From the human T2T-CHM13v2.0 reference genome, Homo sapiens: a stretch of 64,000 nt of DNA. The stretch lies in NCBI RefSeq assembly GCF_009914755.1, contig NC_060925.1; one strand, given 5' to 3'. The notes under the pieces are model-generated. The model saw only the letters and a list, made by a program, of their open reading frames with translations. It was not told the origin of the DNA and made no database searches. Each line of letters starts with the position of its first letter. Within the stretch, counting starts at the first letter, position 1. Both the position numbers and the translations under genes were made by a program. This document shows, one piece after another, positions 56,246 through 64,000 of this stretch.

Positions 56246-57120
56246 TTTATCAGGAAGATAGATGTGATGCTAGCTTTTACATCTCTCTGTGTAATTGTTC
56301 AGGAACTGCATCAGTGCTAATCTGGGGGTTTTTGTTTTGGTCAAGATTTCATGGAACATCAGAAGTAGAACATACATTGAGACCAACTATTCTAAATCCT
56401 CCATTTTATGGTCTTAAATGTCAGTCTGGCAAAATTCAGAGAAAACATTTCCCAGTAGGAGACTGCAGCTGGGAAGAAGGTGGTGCCAGCAGCAGCTTGT
56501 AAGGATATAAAGAGAAGGATCAGAAGAGCTGGCTCTTATTTCCTACTGGAGGAAAAGATACCGCTTTTGGTGACAAGCTGCATGCTTTAGCAGTGACTTT
56601 ATTTTTCCTTCACCACAAACCAGACTTGTGCTATTTCCAGCCTCAGCACATTATTTAGGCACTTCCCCACTGCATTGTTTTCGTTTCTGAAATTGTATCA
56701 CATTCCCTAAATTGAATCCAACTTTTAATGTAGTGCCCTTCAGACAGACACGTTTTACATTCACCTGTTTTGTGTCTTTCTTGGCTTAAACCACCTAAGA
56801 TTAGGGCCCGATACATTCTTGACAACATCCATCATTTTATAGGTGCTTCATTTATATATTAACAAACAACCGGAATGCTTCAGAGATTTTTCGCATCAGA
56901 TCAGACCTTGCTGTTTTTGATGTTTGACCCTATCTTCTGGCCGGGTGCAGTGGCTCACACCTGTATCACACCTGTAATCCCAACACTTTGGGAGGCCAAG
57001 GCAGGTGGATCACTTGAGGCCAGGATTCGAGACCAGCCTGGCCAACATGGTGAAACCCTGTCTCTACTAAAAATAAAAAAATTAGCTGGGCGTGGTGGCG
57101 CGTGCCTGTACTCCCAGCTA

Positions 57121-57267
<147 letters not shown>

Positions 57268-57725
57268 TCAGCATATTTTATAACCCTGTCTTCCATTTCT
57301 ATTCTACCCCCTTCCATGCTGCTGCATTTTTCCACAATGCATATTTTAATTTTAAATTATTCCTTTTCTCCTTTTCTTAAAGGCAGATGATTTCCTTTGG
57401 ATTCTCGCTCTTTCTCTCTTTTGCATGCAGACATATGGAGAACTAAAGAAAGTATTAAGGAAAAGATTGTTTAAATTTATTTGAAATTTGCTTCTCTGTG
57501 AATTCCATCTTGAAATTTAAACTCACAGGGCAAGCCCATGTGTCTCCTAATCAACAACGAGGAAATGGTAGTTAGGTAAGACTGTATAAGACATTTAAGT
57601 AGATGATAGTGGAAAAGGGAAGAGAGGAAGTCAGAGGAATCAGGAAGGATGAGATGTCTATCTCCAGTGACTAGTGGTGTCATTAGAGAAGAGCCCATAT
57701 ATTAAGTAAGCCCTTATCTTGGTAA

Positions 57726-57933
<208 letters not shown>

Positions 57934-59237
57934 TAAGATAGGTATTTTGTCTGTTATGCTGATGAGGAACCTTAATGCTCAGAGATATTAAGAAGCTTGC
58001 GTAAGGCCACATACATAATTAAATACCAGAGCAGAAATTCCAGGGAATGCCTGTACTCTTTCCATTATGTATTTTTGTTCATTAACCTAGGTAGGGGGCA
58101 TAGAAATTCTGAGTTTGAGAGGCATGTGGAAGGAAGTATATTTGGTTTGGTTTTGGACCTATTGAAGTTCCTGTGGGATGGGTAGGTGGAGTTTTGAAAG
58201 AGACAACAACCCAGGTATTTTCACTTGGGAGAATGTTGGGTGTAATTTATATCAAGTTTTCCTTTTTGGTTTTATTGTTATTTAATCCAAATCATTAGCA
58301 GTTTTTCTTTTTTTTTTCTTTTTGAGACAGCAGTTTTTCTTTTTCTTATTGTTATTTAATCCAAATCATTAGCAGTTTTTCTTTTTTCTTTTTCTTTCAC
58401 TTTGTCACCCAGTCTGGAGTGTAGTGGTGTGATCTCGTCTCACTGTAGCTCAACCTCCTGGGCTCAAGCGATCCTGCTGCCTCAGTCCCCGAGGTAGCTG
58501 GGACTACAGGTGTACATCACCACTTCTGGCTAATTTTTGTATCTTTTATAGAGACGGGGTTTCACCATGTTGCCCAGGCTGGTCTCAAACTCCTGAGCTC
58601 AAGCTATCCGCCTGTCTTGGCCTTCCAAACTGCAAGGATTACAGGCGTGAGCCACTGTGCCAGGCGCATTAGCAATTTTTCATAGCATATCTACAAAGTT
58701 CTAATATGTATATAATGTATATTACAAGAACATAAGTGCTTTGATTTAGGTTATTCAGTTATATAATTATGTTGAGTCCCAACTGTGTGCCAGATACCGT
58801 GCTGAGTAGGTAGTAAACATTGGTAAGCAAAACAGACATAGCCCCTGCCCTTATCAGACTACCCACATAGCCCGGACACAGTGGCTCTCACCTGTAATCT
58901 CAGCACTTTGGGAGGCCAAGGCTAGAGGATCGCTTGAGGCCAGGAGTTTGGTCAGCCTGGTCAGCGAGACACTGTTTCTACCAAAACAAAAAAATTGCTG
59001 GGCATGGTGTTGTGTACCTGTAATCCCAGCTACTGGGGAGGCTGCAGTGGGAGGATTACTTGAGCCTAGAAGTTGGAGGTTGCAGTGAGATGTGTTTGTA
59101 TACCTTTTGTCATTAGGTCCATATTTAGGCCCTGAAATAGGCTAATCAAAATATTTATTTATTTTTCATTTGTTTTCAGCTGGGGACGAAACACAGTAGC
59201 TTTGCAAATATAAAGTGGGAGCACAACCTAGCACTGG

Positions 59238-59871
<634 letters not shown>

Positions 59872-61859
59872 TGATACGCCTGCCTCGGCCTTTCAAAGTT
59901 CTGGGATTACACGCATGAGCTACCATGCCCAGCCATCACATCTTTTAAAATTGTTGTTTTTATACCCCTGTCTAATCTTCTACTCACTCAGTGTCTGTTA
60001 GCCAACAATTGAATCAGGATTCCATTTTGCTGCCTAGAAAATCAGTGGCTGTCTAGTTATGAAACAATTGATAACTCAGATATCAAGCCATTTTAAAACA
60101 AGTATCATGGGAATTAAAATTTAAAATTAGGCATGTGTGGTAAGAAGGGTGAGGCCACATTCATCTTTAAAATATCAGGAGGTCTTAGTCATTTCCTTTC
60201 CTCTATGGTTTTCTGAACCATGTAAACTGAAATTAGATTGTTCAATCATTTTAAATATCTAAAAGATATAGAGAGGGTTCCTTTGTTTTAACAAAAAAAT
60301 ACCAAAGGAGAAAATACACTCATAACGTGAATTAAAATATAGTTTTTATTTTCTTCTTTAATGTTTATTAATGTTTCCCCGTAAAGTAGAACTTTCCTTT
60401 TCTGTTCTGCTTTCTGTGTTCTCTACACGTATGTGAACCACAAGACTGAAGAAATCTAGCCTCTGAAAAACCCATAGTTGGAGTTTATTTTCTCTAAAAC
60501 AATTTAGTTATTTTTGTTTGTTAGGTTCAAGGATTTAAGAGACCCTTTATATTATCTTAGTCTTAAACCAATTTGTTCCCAGTTTGCGTGTGGATGACAG
60601 CTCATCAAAACTGGTCAACTAGGACTGAGGCTAAGATTCAGGAAGGTAATTTAGACTGGAAATGGTAATTCAAGGGTTGAAGAACTCAGAGCTGGCAGAG
60701 ATCACAACAGAGGCCAAGAGTTTGTAGTATTCAAAGAGAAGCCAGAAAGCCAGGACCAAAGCCAAGGACAGTAGCACTTAGCTTAAAGTCTGCAAAGCAG
60801 AGAATCATGATGGGGAGAATCATGACGTTGGGGAGATGTTAGAATAATTTACAAATATTGGCATTTACAAAGCTCTTAGTTATCTCATGATTATATCAAC
60901 TCTTTAAAGTGGGTACTGTTATCTGCTTTATTCAAAGACATTAAGAGACTTGGTCCAAGCAATCACAGTAAGTAGCCGAGCTGAGACTGAAATCTTATAA
61001 TTTAATTCTTCAGACTGAAAATCTCATCTTCTGAGATAGTAGTGTTTTTCAGACTGCTCTGTTGATTCTGAGGATTCTGCAAAGGTAACCAAGGTGAGGG
61101 CTTGGGGATGGGGAGCCTCATCCCTTCTAGGCCACACTCCATCCCAGCTTCATTCCATCAGAGTTGCTCAGTTTTAAATATTATTATAGGCCAGGCACCA
61201 TGGCTCAACCCTGTGGCCCCACTACTCAGGAGGCTGAGGTTGGAGGATTGCTTGAGCCCAGGGGGTTGAGTTTACAGTAAGTTGTGTTTGTGCCACTGCA
61301 CTTAAGCCTGGGCAACAGAGGGAGACCCTATCTCAAAAAAAGGTGGGGGTTATACACACGATTCCTTTGAATTGTTTTGTTGTGTAAAAAATCAGTTGGA
61401 TTAGGAGCAGCAGAATTCTAATTTCAGTATTGTCAATTAGTGACTGTAGGCAAGCTTGGTCCTATGAAATGGGAAAGTTAGTCTTAGATAACTTTTAGAT
61501 TTATTTTTGCCATAGTCCAGTCCATTTAAAAAGTTTTAAAAATTATTTTTAGAGATGAGGTCTTGCTATGTTGTCCAGGCTGGTCTCTTATCATGTGGAA
61601 ATAGTTCATTTAACATTCCATGCCAGTTCAGTGAAGTCTGTGTTTATATCCTTTAGGCAGAATGAGAATGTTTTGGTGTGTGTATGTTTTATTCTAGTAG
61701 CTGAAGTTAAGGCAGGGTGAAACACAGTCATACAGCCAAACACTAGCCCAGCTTCCTACCCCTCCCAGGGCTCCCTTTCCCTTCTATCTCTGACCAAAAA
61801 ATAAGCCCTCGAAAGGTTTTTAAAAAATAATCTTTTTCCTCTATATTTTAATATTTTAG

Positions 61860-62029
61860 GAACAAGTTCCAGTTCCAGTCTACCACCCAACACCTAGCCA
61901 GACTCGGCTAGCAACTCAGCTGACTGAAGAGGAACAAATTAGGATAGCTCAAAGAATAGGTCTTATACAACATCTGCCTAAAGGAGTTTATGACCCTGGA
62001 AGAGATGGATCAGAAAAAAAGATCCGGGA
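61860..62029 (+). CDS. RNF11: RNF11 coding exon 2 (170 nt)
   Basis: Acceptor ttttaatattttag|G; translates EQVPVPVYHPTPSQTRLATQLTEEEQIRIAQRIGLIQHLPKGVYDPGRDGSEKKIR(E); donor GA|gtaagt at 62029/62030, phase 2. Confidence 0.98.
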
Positions 62030-62197
62030 GTAAGTTTTAATTAATTTGTACATTTCAAAGTTTTATTTTCAGATTGCTTTTGAAAAATTTGCCTTTTCTC
62101 CTGCACTTTAGAAAGTCAGACATTTAATATATTGAAACACTTCGCTTAATGCAAGAGAATGTTTAATTTTTTTTCATAGCTCTATTACTGGCTACTA

Positions 62198-62446
<249 letters not shown>

Positions 62447-62529
62447 TCAAAAAGTAAAATAAAGTAAAATAAGAGAAAGTTAGTGTTAATGAAGAGAGCT
62501 TTAACTTACAGCAACCCAGTAAGTAGGCT

Positions 62530-62705
62530 GAAGTTAGTGTTTCTGTTTTTACAGTTATTAAAATGAAAATTATCTTACTCTAGGATTACTCTAAATAGCA
62601 CAAGGAAACAAAGTTGCCCGAAGTTAGTGTTTCTGTTTTACAGTTACTAAAATGAAAATTGTCTTAGTCCAGGATTACACTAAATAGTGCAAGAAAACAA
62701 AGTTG
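62530..62705 (+). repeat. Diverged ~90-bp tandem duplication in RNF11 intron 2
   Basis: GAAGTTAGTGTTTCTGTTTT(T)ACAGTTA...AAACAAAGTTG at 62530-62616 and 62620-62705. Confidence 0.92.
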
Positions 62706-63054
62706 ATCTAACTGATGCTTTTCTACCTAAAATAATCCCATTCTCCTTCAGGTATCTGCTATAATATGTAGCTGTTTACAAGCACAGCAGTAGATTTGAT
62801 GCATATGTAATCCATTTCTCTTTGCTCTGTTGATTGCTCCTAAGTCCTGCAAATTCTCAGGGGATTGAAATAAGAGACTGTGGACAGATCAACATTAGGA
62901 AAAAATTCAGTTTGCATGCTTTGGCAATAAGATGACAGGCAAAGCATTCTGATGTGTTACTCAGATTAACACTGTCTTTAATGGGATTTAAAGAGTTTTC
63001 TGAATAGGACACTTCTGAAAATGCCTTCTGATTTCTCTCCATTGCTCTCAACAG

Positions 63055-63226
63055 GTGTGTGATCTGTATGATGGACTTTGTTTATGGGGACCCAATTCGA
63101 TTTCTGCCGTGCATGCACATCTATCACCTGGACTGTATAGATGACTGGTTGATGAGATCCTTCACGTGCCCCTCCTGCATGGAGCCAGTTGATGCAGCAC
63201 TGCTTTCATCCTATGAGACTAATTGA
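63055..63226 (+). CDS. RNF11: RNF11 coding exon 3: RING-H2 (C3H2C3) domain and stop codon
   Basis: Acceptor ctctcaacag|G; translates CVICMMDFVYGDPIRFLPCMHIYHLDCIDDWLMRSFTCPSCMEPVDAALLSSYETN*, TGA at 63224-63226; exons sum to 123+170+172=465 nt = 154 aa + stop. Confidence 0.98.
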
Positions 63227-64000
63227 GCCAGGGTCTCTTATCTGACTTCAAGTGAACCACCATTTTGGTGGTTTTGATCTTTTGTCACTGAGCCCAAAGA
63301 GCCAGGGATTAGGAATTAAGATCGTGCACAAAAGTTTCCTTAAAATTCCTGGATGGCTGCAGATGTTGGGGGAAAAAGTACGTGATATTTTAGAAACTTA
63401 GTGGGAAAAGTAGGATGGTATTTTTATGTAAAGCCTTGACCCAATGTTTAAAAATATAATTGTATTTAGATCTTGTTATTGCTCCAGTACATAGGAATTG
63501 TGTAAAGTGTTAACAGCAGCTGTATTTGTTTAAATTGTGTGTATTGAAGATTAGGAAAAAGATAGTAGTTATTTTTCCTAAATGAAATAACTTTCTTCTC
63601 TTCCCCTTCCCCACCCGAATTCTTTTCTGAAGTTGCTGGCATTTGGGTCAAGGTTTTATTAAAAGCTACATTTTATAACACTGGCACACACAAAAAAGTA
63701 GTTTTAAGCTTGTTTGCACAGTTCTTTTTTTCCATTGGAAATGGAATTCATTGCCTTAGGTCTTTTTAAATAGTGTATTATTATCGTTGGGGCTGGCTCT
63801 ATGCTTGAAAACCAGTTTATTTATAACCTGTTATAAGTGCTATATTCTGTTTGCAGTTAGGAAATGCAGAATTCAAAGTGATCTCCTAGCTTGTAAGCAA
63901 ACTGAGATGCACTATCCCTTTTCTATAAAAAATAAGTTAATGTGTCAAGAAACCAACTCTATTAAGGTGGGGTTTAATATTACCCTTTCCTATGTGTTTT
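63227..64000 (+). other. RNF11: RNF11 3'UTR (continues beyond window)
   Basis: Repeat-free AT-rich sequence after the stop; ATTAAA at 63658-63663; miR-19 8mer TTTGCACA at 63713-63720. Confidence 0.9.

Noticed and set aside
62530-62705. Repeat pair as a CRISPR-like array
   Set aside because: Only two long adjacent units, no spacers, eukaryotic intron

Overview
Primate (human-like) genomic DNA, about half interspersed repeats and very Alu-dense. It holds one protein-coding gene, RNF11 (RING-H2 E3 ligase, 154 aa, + strand): a CpG-island promoter and GC-rich 5' leader at ~27.9-29.0 kb, coding exons at 28665-28787, 61860-62029 and 63055-63226, and a 3'UTR running off the window end. The 33-kb first intron contains a full-length antisense RPS2 processed pseudogene (15-bp TSD, poly-A, intact 275-codon ORF from the second Met) nested in a Tigger2-family transposon that is itself inside an old L1. 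Upstream lie an internally deleted HERV-W/HERV17 retrocopy (18.9-22.4 kb) fused to an Alu left arm, a two-LTR MLT1 element with a nested LTR8, MER21 and MER34-like LTRs, a U13 snoRNA retrocopy and DNA-transposon fossils. Almost all short ORFs in the track are Alu artefacts. I found no prokaryotic-type system. The most notable signals are the RNF11 5' leader architecture (two uORFs, G4/hairpin, in-frame GUG, a possible bypass splice) and several template-switch scars. Repeat family names are from recalled consensus sequences and their boundaries are approximate.
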